The notes beneath the pieces are model-generated. The model ran no database searches and had not been told where the DNA came from. It saw nothing but the letters and a program-made list of their open reading frames with translations. Made by a program: the position numbers and the translations under genes. A stretch of DNA of 64,000 nucleotides from Candidatus Undinarchaeota archaeon (GTDB lineage: Archaea; Undinarchaeota; Undinarchaeia; Undinarchaeales; JALTGF01), in NCBI GenBank assembly GCA_964574035.1, contig CAZNLD010000004.1, positions 547-64,546 on the forward strand, in the 5' to 3' direction. Shown here piece by piece: positions 46,092-54,567 of this stretch. Position 1 is the stretch's first letter. The number at the start of each line of letters is the position of its first letter.

Positions 46092-46597
46092 ATATAAAGA
46101 AAAAATCCACCAGATCAAAGGTTTATTTTGGAGCAGTTGTTTTAGTTTTATATTTAATTACTGGATTTTATAATTTCAATTTAGTTATAAATGCCTGGGG
46201 AGCTTTTCTTAATTTACTGGAACGACTGATACCTATTTTCATTTTAGTTTTTGGATTAATGGCTCTCTCAAATTTACTGATTAAACCGGATAAAATTTCA
46301 AAACATTTGGGGGATGAAGCAGGATTAAAAGGATGGGCTATTTCAATTTCAGCCGGCATATTTTCTACAGGACCCATATTCATGTGGTTCAAACTGCTTG
46401 AAAAAATGAGAAAAATGGGCATGCGAACATCCTTTGCGGCTGCCTTCCTCTATAACAGGGCGATTAAGCCGGCATTAATCCCTCTTTTAATTTTCTACTT
46501 CGGCTGGAAGTTTACAGTTGTTCTTACAATTTACATGATAATATTTGCAGTCATTAACAGCCTAATTGTTGAAAAAATCTGCAGAGGAGAAAAATGA
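46088..46597 (+). CDS. Membrane protein (4-5 TM), unknown; partner of 45663..46091
   Basis: 169 aa. 4-nt ATGA overlap on both sides. Confidence 0.5.
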   Translation: MNIKKKSTRSKVYFGAVVLVLYLITGFYNFNLVINAWGAFLNLLERLIPIFILVFGLMALSNLLIKPDKISKHLGDEAGLKGWAISISAGIFSTGPIFMWFKLLEKMRKMGMRTSFAAAFLYNRAIKPALIPLLIFYFGWKFTVVLTIYMIIFAVINSLIVEKICRGEK

Positions 46598-46941
46598 AGT
46601 CAGAATTAATTAAGGAAGGACAGGCAGAAGAAATTATGGAAGAGCTCGGAGTTTACAAAGAAGGAATTGAAATCATGCTGGATAAATCAAAGTTCCGGCT
46701 TTTGAGAATTAACAATGTCAGAAGTGCAGTGGCAAATATACTGAAGCAGGAAATGCTTTCAGCAGGCGGAGACGCTGCAGTTTCTCCGGGAACTGTAAAC
46801 TGCAAAATTGAAGAAACTGATGTTTTAAGTATGGGAACTCTGAAGCAGTATAAGATTTTAGTTGAAAAGTTGAGGGCTCAGGGAAAAGCAGGAATTAAAG
46901 AGTGTTTTGAAGTTGCTGAAGAGATTGAAAAAATTTTATGA
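46594..46941 (+). CDS. Small soluble protein; possible relative of the N-terminal extension of some dihydropteroate-synthase-like proteins
   Basis: …VANILKQEMLSAGGDAAVSPGTV…VLSMGTLKQYKILVEKL. The resemblance is from memory only and is unverified. Confidence 0.4.
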   Translation: MKSELIKEGQAEEIMEELGVYKEGIEIMLDKSKFRLLRINNVRSAVANILKQEMLSAGGDAAVSPGTVNCKIEETDVLSMGTLKQYKILVEKLRAQGKAGIKECFEVAEEIEKIL

Positions 46942-47032
46942 AGCAATTCTTGGACAATTAAAAAAAGATAAGTGAAAACTCGTAGTTATTGTCAAAGCAA
47001 CTTATTTATTCATTAAAATTCATAAGAAATCC

Positions 47033-47905
47033 ATGAAAGGTGAATCATCCATTTTAATATCGGGCATTCTTTACGGTACTGCAGGCGTTCTGATAAAAAT
47101 GGCCATGAGCGGCACATCTTCAGTCAACCTGCTCTTTTTCCGGCTTTCTATTTCAGCTCTAGTGGGATTTCTAATACTTTTAGTTTTAGAGAAGGGCAAA
47201 AGCTTCAAGCTCAATAAACAAGAAGTCCTTTCATTTATAGTAATAGGAGCCCTAACCATACTGGGCATGGGCCTATATATATGGGCTTTAAAATATACCT
47301 CAATTGCAAATGCTATTCTGTTGATATACTTATTTCCTACAATTACTGCATTCTTCGCAATTCATTTTCTGCACGAAAAGATAACTAAATTTACCTGGCT
47401 GGCGCTGGCAGTTTCATTTGTAGGCGTAGTTGCTTTAGTATATCCTGATTTAAGCAGTGCTTCAAGCTCTATGTTCGGAAACTTTCTTGCACTTTTAGCC
47501 GGTTTTGCATGTGCAGCTGTAACTATCCTTGTCCGCCACGAAGACAGAATATGTTCGGTGGACAGGACGGTATTTTGGCCCCTCGCATTTGCAGCAATTT
47601 TGTTTCTGCCAATGGCATTGTTAGAGGGAGGAACGATAACTTTTTCAAGAGGGGTCCTCTTCCCCCTTGTTGCTCTTGGCATCTTAACTGCATTTGCCCG
47701 CTATGGATTCACCTACGGCCTTAAATTCGTGGAAGCGCACACAACAGCAATACTTGGGATGGTTACAGAAGTAATTTTTTCCATACTATTTGCATTTCTG
47801 TTTCTAGGCGAGTTAATTGGTCTGAACACATTTCTGGGCGGCGCATTGATTTTGTCAGCCGGCCTGGCAGCACAGATCGAGATGAACCGGAAAGTTAGGA
47901 TATAG
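47033..47905 (+). CDS. EamA/DMT-superfamily transporter
   Basis: 290 aa, 10 TM helices in two EamA-like halves. Visibly more GC-rich than its neighbours. Confidence 0.8.
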   Translation: MKGESSILISGILYGTAGVLIKMAMSGTSSVNLLFFRLSISALVGFLILLVLEKGKSFKLNKQEVLSFIVIGALTILGMGLYIWALKYTSIANAILLIYLFPTITAFFAIHFLHEKITKFTWLALAVSFVGVVALVYPDLSSASSSMFGNFLALLAGFACAAVTILVRHEDRICSVDRTVFWPLAFAAILFLPMALLEGGTITFSRGVLFPLVALGILTAFARYGFTYGLKFVEAHTTAILGMVTEVIFSILFAFLFLGELIGLNTFLGGALILSAGLAAQIEMNRKVRI

Positions 47906-47957
47906 TGGGATTTTCAATCTCAACATATCCTTCCACTCAAAAAAAATGTACAAAAAA

Positions 47958-49127
47958 TTATTCAAGTAATTCCAAAACAGGTCCAACCAAATAATGCGAA
48001 CCAGTAACTAAAACTAAATCTTTCTTGCCGGCGGATTTTAAAGCAGATTTAAACGCCTCCTTAATTTCTTTTACTGATTTTCCCTCATAAATTTCATCCA
48101 GTTTTTCCGGGTTCAAAGCTCTCTCATTTTCAAGTTCAGTAAATACAACTTCATCAGCTTCTTTAGAAATTTTCTTAACCATTTTTTTATAATCTTTATC
48201 TTCCAAAACTCCGAATAAAACAACCAATTTATTATAATCTAATTCTTTTAACTCCCTGAGCAAAGTTTCAATACCTGCCGGATTGTGGGCCGTATCTAGA
48301 AGAATTTGTTTTCCCTTATATTTCCTTAAATCAAATACTCCCGGCCATTTAACATTTTTCAAACCGGCTTCAAATTCTTCCGCTTTTACTCCAATTTTTA
48401 ATCTTTTAACAGCCTCAACTGCAACGGCTGCATTCTCTCTCTGAAATTCTCCCTTTAAAGAAAGAGGTCCCGAATACTTTCCATGAACAATATAGAGGGG
48501 CGCTTTCCTTTCCTTTGCAATGTAATAAATACTTGAAAGTGTTCTCTGACCGGCTCCTAAAACAACAGGAACCTTTTCTTTTACAATTCCCGCCTTTTCT
48601 TTTGCTACTTGTTCAATTGAATTTCCAAGCTGTTTAATATGGTCTAAAGTAATATTGGTAATTACTGAAACAACCGGGAAAATTATATTTGTTGCATCTA
48701 ATCTGCCCCCTAAACCAACTTCAACTACTGCATAATCAGCTTCTTCTTGTTCAAAATATTTGAAAGCTATAGCAGTTAAAAACTCAAACTGAGTGCAACC
48801 GATTTCTTCAGATTTATCTTTATATTTTTTAACAAGTTCTGAAAATTTCTTTTTAGAAATTAGCTTTCCGTTTACCTGAATTCTTTCCCTTATAACAGTT
48901 AATTCAGGAGAAGTATAGAGGGCCGTCTTAAAGCCGGCTTCTTTTAATATAGAAGAAATCATTGCACAGGTTGAGCCCTTTCCATTTGTTCCAGCAACAT
49001 GAATGGATTTAAAAGAATTCTGCGGATTATCCATAAAGGAAAGCAGCTCTTTAACTCTTGAAAGTCCGAGTTTCGAACCCAGCTTTTCTAAATTTTTAAT
49101 ATATTGAACTGCACCCTCATAGTTCAT
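47958..49127 (-). CDS. folC: Folylpolyglutamate synthase / dihydrofolate synthase (Mur ligase family)
   Basis: IHVAGTNGKGST (P-loop), ITNITLDHIKQLGNSIEQVAKEKAGIVK, DTAHNPAG. Confidence 0.85.
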   Translation of the reverse strand: MNYEGAVQYIKNLEKLGSKLGLSRVKELLSFMDNPQNSFKSIHVAGTNGKGSTCAMISSILKEAGFKTALYTSPELTVIRERIQVNGKLISKKKFSELVKKYKDKSEEIGCTQFEFLTAIAFKYFEQEEADYAVVEVGLGGRLDATNIIFPVVSVITNITLDHIKQLGNSIEQVAKEKAGIVKEKVPVVLGAGQRTLSSIYYIAKERKAPLYIVHGKYSGPLSLKGEFQRENAAVAVEAVKRLKIGVKAEEFEAGLKNVKWPGVFDLRKYKGKQILLDTAHNPAGIETLLRELKELDYNKLVVLFGVLEDKDYKKMVKKISKEADEVVFTELENERALNPEKLDEIYEGKSVKEIKEAFKSALKSAGKKDLVLVTGSHYLVGPVLELLE

Positions 49128-49765
49128 CAGTCAACTATATCCAAAAGCTCTTTAAGTGAATAAATAATCTCATCCGGATTCTGCTCCTTTATGTTTTCTT
49201 CTGAATCCCAGCCGTATTTTACAAGGATAACTCCAATGCATCCAGCGTTTTCTGCAACTTCAACATCGTGCCCTCTATCCCCGATATAATAAGTTTCATC
49301 TGAGCTGAAATTGTACTTCTTCATTAAATCTTTAATTGCTTCTTCTTTCGTATCCTTTTCTCTTTCAGCCGGAAGGAATTCCTTAAAAACAGATTTATTA
49401 AAATTATGATAGTCAAGCGTTGCTTCTAAAAACACTCTGTCGCCGTTTGTAAGAATTACTAAAGTATGTCCTTTTTCTTTCAAGGATTTGATTACTTCAT
49501 CTGCATCCGGGTCTTTCTTAGATTTTGACAGGACTTCTTCAGATTTCAGTAAGCCATCAATAAATTCTTTTGCTTCATTCAGTCTTTCTTCATCTCCGTC
49601 AATTAATGCTTCCAGAACTTTTTCCGTTTTAGGACCAAAATGCCCGACAATTTCATCATAAGTATAGTTAAAGCCATACTTCTCAGAAGTCTTTTTGAAA
49701 GCATGCGCCCAGCTGGGCCTCGAATTCATTAGAACACCGTCATAGTCAAAAATTATTAACGACAT
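49127..49765 (-). CDS. HAD-superfamily hydrolase
   Basis: IIFDYDGVLMNS (motif I), ILTNG, IGDRGHDVEVAENAG. Confidence 0.8.
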   Translation of the reverse strand: MSLIIFDYDGVLMNSRPSWAHAFKKTSEKYGFNYTYDEIVGHFGPKTEKVLEALIDGDEERLNEAKEFIDGLLKSEEVLSKSKKDPDADEVIKSLKEKGHTLVILTNGDRVFLEATLDYHNFNKSVFKEFLPAEREKDTKEEAIKDLMKKYNFSSDETYYIGDRGHDVEVAENAGCIGVILVKYGWDSEENIKEQNPDEIIYSLKELLDIVD

Positions 49766-50253
49766 CAGACAAACACCGTTCCTATATAGACGCCGATATA
49801 ATTGGTAAGGAAAACAACGGCAATTGCCAGCGCCAGATGTTCTATAATTGCTCTGAATGCCCCTATTTTTTCATTCTTTGAAATTAGATAACTGTATATG
49901 CTCAATAACAAAAGACCCCATCCAACTGAAACCCAGACAGCAGTATTTAATTCAAACAAAAGCAGAGGTACTACAAATGTTAAACCGACTGATAGCTTGC
50001 TGATTAATGTAAAAAATGTCGCCTCCCAAATTTCCTTTTGAGAATGGATTCCCTGGGCTTCTTCTGAAACATGAATTCCAAGAGCGTCTGAAAAAGCGTC
50101 AGCCAGCGCAATTGAAATGACGCCGCCTATTACAGCAATGAATGAATGAGTGCTTGCATTAACCCCAACCATCAAACCCAAAGTAGTAACTACCGCTGAA
50201 GTTAAGCCGAAACTTATTCCTGTTTTTTGCTGGTGGTTGTTTAAAAATTTCAT
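49765..50253 (-). CDS. VIT1/CCC1-related membrane protein (short form)
   Basis: GISFGLTSAVVTTLGLMVG…ALADAFSDALGIHVSEE. Second VIT-like gene in the window. Confidence 0.55.
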   Translation of the reverse strand: MKFLNNHQQKTGISFGLTSAVVTTLGLMVGVNASTHSFIAVIGGVISIALADAFSDALGIHVSEEAQGIHSQKEIWEATFFTLISKLSVGLTFVVPLLLFELNTAVWVSVGWGLLLLSIYSYLISKNEKIGAFRAIIEHLALAIAVVFLTNYIGVYIGTVFV

Positions 50254-50257
50254 GTTG

Positions 50258-50292
50258 TACCATTAACCATCTACCATTTACCAATAACCATT
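50258..50292. repeat. Five near-perfect tandem heptanucleotides WACCATY (cleanest copy of the family)
   Basis: taccatt aaccatc taccatt taccaat aaccatt. Fills almost the whole 42-nt spacer between the tRNA-Ser 3' end (50296) and the start codon at 50253. Confidence 0.8.
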
Positions 50293-50295
50293 AAT

Positions 50296-50382
50296 TGGCG
50301 CCGAGGGTGGGATTTGAACCCACACATCCGTAAGGAAACAGATTTAGCAGACCTGCGCCGTACCAGGTTGGGCCACCTCGGC
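50296..50382 (-). tRNA. tRNA-Ser (anticodon GCU), class II with long variable arm, CCA encoded
   Basis: Manual fold of the reverse complement GCCGAGGTGGCCCAACCTGGTACGGCGCAGGTCTGCTAAATCTGTTTCCTTACGGATGTGTGGGTTCAAATCCCACCCTCGGCGCCA. Acceptor GCCGAGG/CCTCGGC, anticodon stem CAGGT/ATCTG, loop CTGCTAA, T-arm GTGGG-TTCAAAT-CCCAC, discriminator G. Confidence 0.9.
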
Positions 50383-50439
50383 AGTTTTGCAGATAATATA
50401 GGAGTTTTAGAGGTTTATATTTGTTGTTAAAATCAAAAA

Positions 50440-50988
50440 TTAAATATGAATTACTGCATCTTCAGACATGAACTTTAAGTTTTCTAATTTTAACTTCATG
50501 TATTCAGGTTCATCTAGATCATAATAAACTTTTTCTTCCAAATCGTTCTTTTTTAATATACCGTATTCTTCACCAATCACATTTTCAACCTCATATTTTC
50601 CGCCTTCAGTAAAATCTTCAGTCAATAAACCGGCATATTTTTGAGAATTTTCTTTGTAAATTACTCCAATGTTAAATGCAGGGGCTCTTTTATTTCCATC
50701 AATATATTCAGCTGACTTCCTACAGTAATATTCAAAATATTTTAATGCAAGTTCGAAAGTACGATTATTAAGCTCGAACTGGTCTTTTAAATCACCGGTG
50801 GCAGTTCTATAAGCAACATATAAGTTACCAACTTTTCCTAAAGGATAAACAATATTTGCTTTCCCTCCGCCAAGTGGCTCCGGCCACTTTCCGGTTTTAT
50901 AATACTCTCTTAACTTTTCAGGAATGTCAGTTCGTTCTATTTCTTTTCTGATTTTTTGGGACTTTTTAAAATACGATTTATAACTCAT
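50440..50988 (-). CDS. Hypothetical protein
   Basis: 182-aa ORF. No motif recognised. Confidence 0.45.
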   Translation of the reverse strand: MSYKSYFKKSQKIRKEIERTDIPEKLREYYKTGKWPEPLGGGKANIVYPLGKVGNLYVAYRTATGDLKDQFELNNRTFELALKYFEYYCRKSAEYIDGNKRAPAFNIGVIYKENSQKYAGLLTEDFTEGGKYEVENVIGEEYGILKKNDLEEKVYYDLDEPEYMKLKLENLKFMSEDAVIHI

Positions 50989-51067
50989 GAAAAAGATATG
51001 GTTTTCTTTCTATTTAATTATTTTTAATTTAAAAAAGAATAAAAACAAGATTGAACACTAAATAAAC

Positions 51068-51844
51068 ATGGATAAACAAACTGAAGATAAATTGAATGAA
51101 CTTTTCTACAAACTTGATTTTGATTCAATTGGAAATAAACTATCAGAGTACTCAAAAATAATTGAAATACTCAAAAAAGAAAAAAATGGGAAAATTTCAA
51201 AAGATGGAATTCCTGAGAAATATAAGTTTTTAATTGATCTAGATAAAAAAGATGCAAAAGAAGCCTACAAAAAAGTAAAACAGAAAAACAAGCTGGCAGT
51301 AAAACAATACAAAGAACTAAAAGCTATTTTCAAGGAATGGAATACAGATATTTCAGACAACAAATTAAATTCAATTGCTTATCCAGAAGGTTTTGAAATT
51401 AAAAAAGACGGTGATTTATATTCAGCGACCTGTAATCTAATGGATAAGTGGTATAAAGAAAATGAAGCAGAAGAAATGGACTTATTTAGGTTCCCTCACC
51501 CAAACAAAAAAGAAATAAAAGCATTAAAGAAAAACAAAGCTTTCGGATTTTTCAGAATTAAAGAAAAGGAATACCTTGTTTTCAGGCCCTTGCAGATAAT
51601 TACTTTTTATAAAAACAGAAGGAAAAGTGAAGGAATACAACCATACATTAAAAATGCACACCTTTTACTTCTCTTTGGAATTATGAAACTATCCCTGAAA
51701 AAAGATTTTAAAAAAATAGGCATCTCTCTAGACTTCCATAAAAACATATCAGTAAAAGAACAAAGTGAAGATATTGGAAAAATTATGACTAAAGATTTTG
51801 ATTTTATTGACGGAAGAGATATTGCAGTCTTTAAAAAAGGTTAA
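51068..51844 (+). CDS. Hypothetical protein
   Basis: 258-aa ORF, Lys-rich. No motif recognised. Confidence 0.45.
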   Translation: MDKQTEDKLNELFYKLDFDSIGNKLSEYSKIIEILKKEKNGKISKDGIPEKYKFLIDLDKKDAKEAYKKVKQKNKLAVKQYKELKAIFKEWNTDISDNKLNSIAYPEGFEIKKDGDLYSATCNLMDKWYKENEAEEMDLFRFPHPNKKEIKALKKNKAFGFFRIKEKEYLVFRPLQIITFYKNRRKSEGIQPYIKNAHLLLLFGIMKLSLKKDFKKIGISLDFHKNISVKEQSEDIGKIMTKDFDFIDGRDIAVFKKG

Positions 51845-51869
51845 AAAGTCAGCAAACAACTATATTCTT

Positions 51870-52139
51870 GGTGCGGCTAGGCCGGGAGGTTAGCAGTCTC
51901 CTCTACCTCAATCTGCTTTAGCGGGGCTGAATGCCGGGGAAGATGCACTCTTCGGCTGTCGTCCTGACTTCAGTGTCGAAGCTCTGTCCTGCGGGATCGG
52001 CGGTCCTGCGAACCGGGTCAGGTCCGGAAGGAAGCAGCCCTAACCAGGACTTGCTGATGCTCGCAGACCACAGAGTGGAGCTGAAGCTCAGGGTTCAACG
52101 GCGGTTTGAAGAATGCATCAACTCCGGATGCCGTGCCAC
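51870..52139 (+). ncRNA. ffs: Signal recognition particle RNA (archaeal 7S type)
   Basis: About 270-nt GC-rich island in an AT-rich context. 5' GGTGCGGCTAGGCCGGGAGGTTAGC pairs with 3' …GCCGTGCCAC. Contains the hallmark helix-8 sequence GGTCAGGTCCGGAAGGAAGCAGCCCTAAC. The 76-aa ORF at 51931..52161 inside it is spurious. Confidence 0.85.
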
Positions 52140-52147
52140 TTTAAAAA

Positions 52148-52429
52148 ATGGACTGGATTAAAAAATTATTTGGATTTAAAAGAAAGAAAACTTCTAAAGG
52201 AGAAATTGAAGCCTTAAAAAGTAAGATAAACGAACTAGACAGTATAATACAAAAGATAGCAAACGATATCGAAAAGAAGAAAGAAGACATAAAAACCACC
52301 AAAGAAAGAGGATGGCTTACTATGGCAGGGGCATATAAAATAGATTTAAAGATATTCCGGCGCAGATTGAAGAGCAGAACAGAAGAATACAAAAAATTAA
52401 AAGAACAACTGGAAAATCTTGAAAATTAA
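52148..52429 (+). CDS. Short ESCRT-III/Snf7-like helical-hairpin protein (tentative)
   Basis: MDWIKKLFGFKRKK…EIEALKSKINELDSIIQKIANDIEKKKEDIKTTKERG…AGAYKIDLKIFRRRLKSRTEEYKKLKEQLENLE follows the xxLFGxKK N-terminus and alpha1-alpha2 charge pattern of Snf7/CHMP4. It stops after about 93 aa. Confidence 0.35.
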   Translation: MDWIKKLFGFKRKKTSKGEIEALKSKINELDSIIQKIANDIEKKKEDIKTTKERGWLTMAGAYKIDLKIFRRRLKSRTEEYKKLKEQLENLEN

Positions 52430-52432
52430 ATT

Positions 52433-53338
52433 CTAACTAATTTTCTCAAGCAGACTACATACTTTGCAAATTTCAGAAGCAGACGGTTCCCCGCATTTTC
52501 TGCATTTTTTTAATTCAGAACTGGAGAATTTTTCAACATCAATTAATTCAGACAATTTATCTGCTCCTGATAGAAGTGAAAATTTAGAACCTGGGTGCTT
52601 CTCTTCAAAATCATTCAGCATATCCCTTGTATCATTTCTTAAAGAGCCGGAAACATAGGGGCATCTCTTTGGATGAATTTTAAATCCTTTTAATTTTGCA
52701 TATAATTCAATTTCTTTTTCAGGAACGTTTCTCATTATTTTAATCCTCTGGACAAACCCTTTCATTTTTGGAGTTTTAGCCCCGGTTCTTTTCAATCTTG
52801 TAAAATCCCCTCTAAGATAATTCATAAAAACAGACTGCACCTCATCATCCAGATTATGGCCGGTAGCAAGTTTGTCTGCTCCTGCCTCTTTTGCATATTT
52901 ATTTAAAATTCTTCTTCTTAAGACCCCGCAGTAAGTGCAGGACCTTTCAATATTATTCGGAGCGATTTCATCCATTGACTTTCCATACTCATCTTTAAAT
53001 TTAATCAGTTTGTAATCTATTCCCAGACTTTCAAAATTGTCAACTGCAGCCTGTGCAGAAGTATCTCTGTACCCTTCAATTCCTTCATCAACTACAATTC
53101 CAAATAAATCAAGTTTGTACTTTTGAATAGAATTGTAAAGAAAATGAAGCATTGAAACAGAATCTTTTCCCCCTGAAACAGCAACAGCTACCTTATCTCC
53201 TTTATCAAGGAGACTGTTTCTGGTTATATTCTTTCTAATCCTCTGCTCGGTAAGTTCAATAAAATGGTTCTTGCAGAGATGCCTGTCAAAATATTTTAAA
53301 TGAATTACTGCTTCTTTACTGCATAGTTTACACTTCAT
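52433..53338 (-). CDS. tRNA 2-thiolation PP-loop ATPase (TtuA / Ncs6-Ctu1 family)
   Basis: N-terminal CKLC…HLCKNH, PP-loop AVAVSGGKDSVS, central CTYCGVLRR, GHNLDD, C-terminal CRKCGEP…CKVC. Confidence 0.8.
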   Translation of the reverse strand: MKCKLCSKEAVIHLKYFDRHLCKNHFIELTEQRIRKNITRNSLLDKGDKVAVAVSGGKDSVSMLHFLYNSIQKYKLDLFGIVVDEGIEGYRDTSAQAAVDNFESLGIDYKLIKFKDEYGKSMDEIAPNNIERSCTYCGVLRRRILNKYAKEAGADKLATGHNLDDEVQSVFMNYLRGDFTRLKRTGAKTPKMKGFVQRIKIMRNVPEKEIELYAKLKGFKIHPKRCPYVSGSLRNDTRDMLNDFEEKHPGSKFSLLSGADKLSELIDVEKFSSSELKKCRKCGEPSASEICKVCSLLEKIS

Positions 53339-53859
53339 TATTTCTTAATCACTTTCTTTCCTTTCTCTTTTGGAATTATTTTTCTTTTGGCGCCTTCAAA
53401 ATCCTTCTCAAGTTCTTCTCCTTCAAAGAATCTGTCCAGAAAAACTGAAAGGGCTCCTGCTTCTGAGTGGGGCTGATTGGTCACAGCTAAATTAAAATCA
53501 GCCATTTCATAAACTTCAATCGGCACTTTCTGTCCTCCAAGAACTATTAAAACGTCTTTACTTTTCGTTTTAATCTTTTCCAGCTGCTTCTGGAAAGGAA
53601 TTCCATACATTGTTAAATGTAAAACAATTCCTTTAAATTCCGGGATGAATTTCTGCCAGCTCTTAATATATTCAACTTCAAAAAAACCACCCCATGTATT
53701 TCTAATCTTTTTTATGCTTTCTTCCATACCACTGTCTTTTTGGCCGGTATAATACAATTTATCGGCGCCGAACGCTCTTGCTACAAGACCAACATGCGTA
53801 CTTAATCTCTTGTCCCTTTCTATCCTATGACCAATTCTTAGTATTGAAATATTTACCAT
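53338..53859 (-). CDS. tRNA (cytidine56-2'-O)-methyltransferase aTrm56 (SPOUT)
   Basis: ILRIGHRIERDKRLSTHVGLVARAFGA… matches the aTrm56/COG1303 N-terminus. 1-nt overlap with the downstream thiolase gene. Confidence 0.8.
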   Translation of the reverse strand: MVNISILRIGHRIERDKRLSTHVGLVARAFGADKLYYTGQKDSGMEESIKKIRNTWGGFFEVEYIKSWQKFIPEFKGIVLHLTMYGIPFQKQLEKIKTKSKDVLIVLGGQKVPIEVYEMADFNLAVTNQPHSEAGALSVFLDRFFEGEELEKDFEGAKRKIIPKEKGKKVIKK

Positions 53860-53899
53860 AACCTATATAAAATGTCTAGAACACATAAACTTTACTATC

Positions 53900-54370
53900 A
53901 TGGATAAGCCAGGAAAACACTTTGAACTTACCTTTTTTCCGAAAGAAACCGAGGTAATAGAACGGTTTGAAAAGAGACTCAAAAATACGGAAGCCGTAGA
54001 AAGAGAAGTTAGAGAGATTCTTAGTACTCATAATATTAAACCAGGCAAAATTTTTATAAATAGAGCCAAGAAAGGTCGAAAAAGCAAGAAATATAAAGAT
54101 ATTTTTGAAGGGTTCAAATATAAAAGATACAGAGGAAAAATCAGAGGAAAAAAGAAAGGACTTATTAGAGACAAAAGATGGAAAAGCGATTTTAATATCT
54201 ATCTTCTTTATGGAGAGAACAGAAACGGCATTCTTTATTCAATAGAAAAGGGAGATAAAAAGGAACTCAGGAAAATCGGAGAAAGCATTTACAATCGATT
54301 AATTGAAAGTGTTGCAAAACAAGGAGCTGTTCCCTGGAAATTCATAACAAGAGTCACTCCGGTGGAATAA
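53900..54370 (+). CDS. Hypothetical basic protein
   Basis: 156-aa ORF. No motif recognised. Confidence 0.45.
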   Translation: MDKPGKHFELTFFPKETEVIERFEKRLKNTEAVEREVREILSTHNIKPGKIFINRAKKGRKSKKYKDIFEGFKYKRYRGKIRGKKKGLIRDKRWKSDFNIYLLYGENRNGILYSIEKGDKKELRKIGESIYNRLIESVAKQGAVPWKFITRVTPVE

Positions 54371-54423
54371 GAAGATATATAATTCTATTAAAACTTAGAT
54401 AAGTTAGTCTGTTTTATAAAATC

Positions 54424-54541
54424 AGCCCCGTAGTGTAGCGGTCAAGCATACAGGCCTTTGGCAGCGCAAATGTAAAATTTGCTGGGCCTCCAGCTGCGCT
54501 GAAGACAGCCTGCGGCGGCGGTTCGAATCCGCCCGGGGCTA
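54424..54541 (+). tRNA. tRNA-Gln (anticodon UUG) with a 45-nt intron at the canonical 37/38 position
   Basis: Exons 54424..54461 and 54507..54541, intron 54462..54506. Acceptor AGCCCCG/CGGGGCT (A1-U72), anticodon stem CAGGC/GCCTG, T-arm GGCGG-TTCGAAT-CCGCC, discriminator A. BHB motif: central helix CUUU/GAAG, 3-nt bulges GG|C and AC|A, inner helix AGCGC/GCGCU. Confidence 0.85.
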
Positions 54542-54567
54542 CTTCCAGATTTTTTAATTGGTTCTCT

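Noticed and set aside
51931-52161. 76-aa ORF in a GC-rich stretch.
   Set aside because: It sits inside the SRP RNA. The GC richness is explained by RNA secondary structure, including the GGUCAGGUCCGGAAGGAAGCAGCC helix-8 motif.
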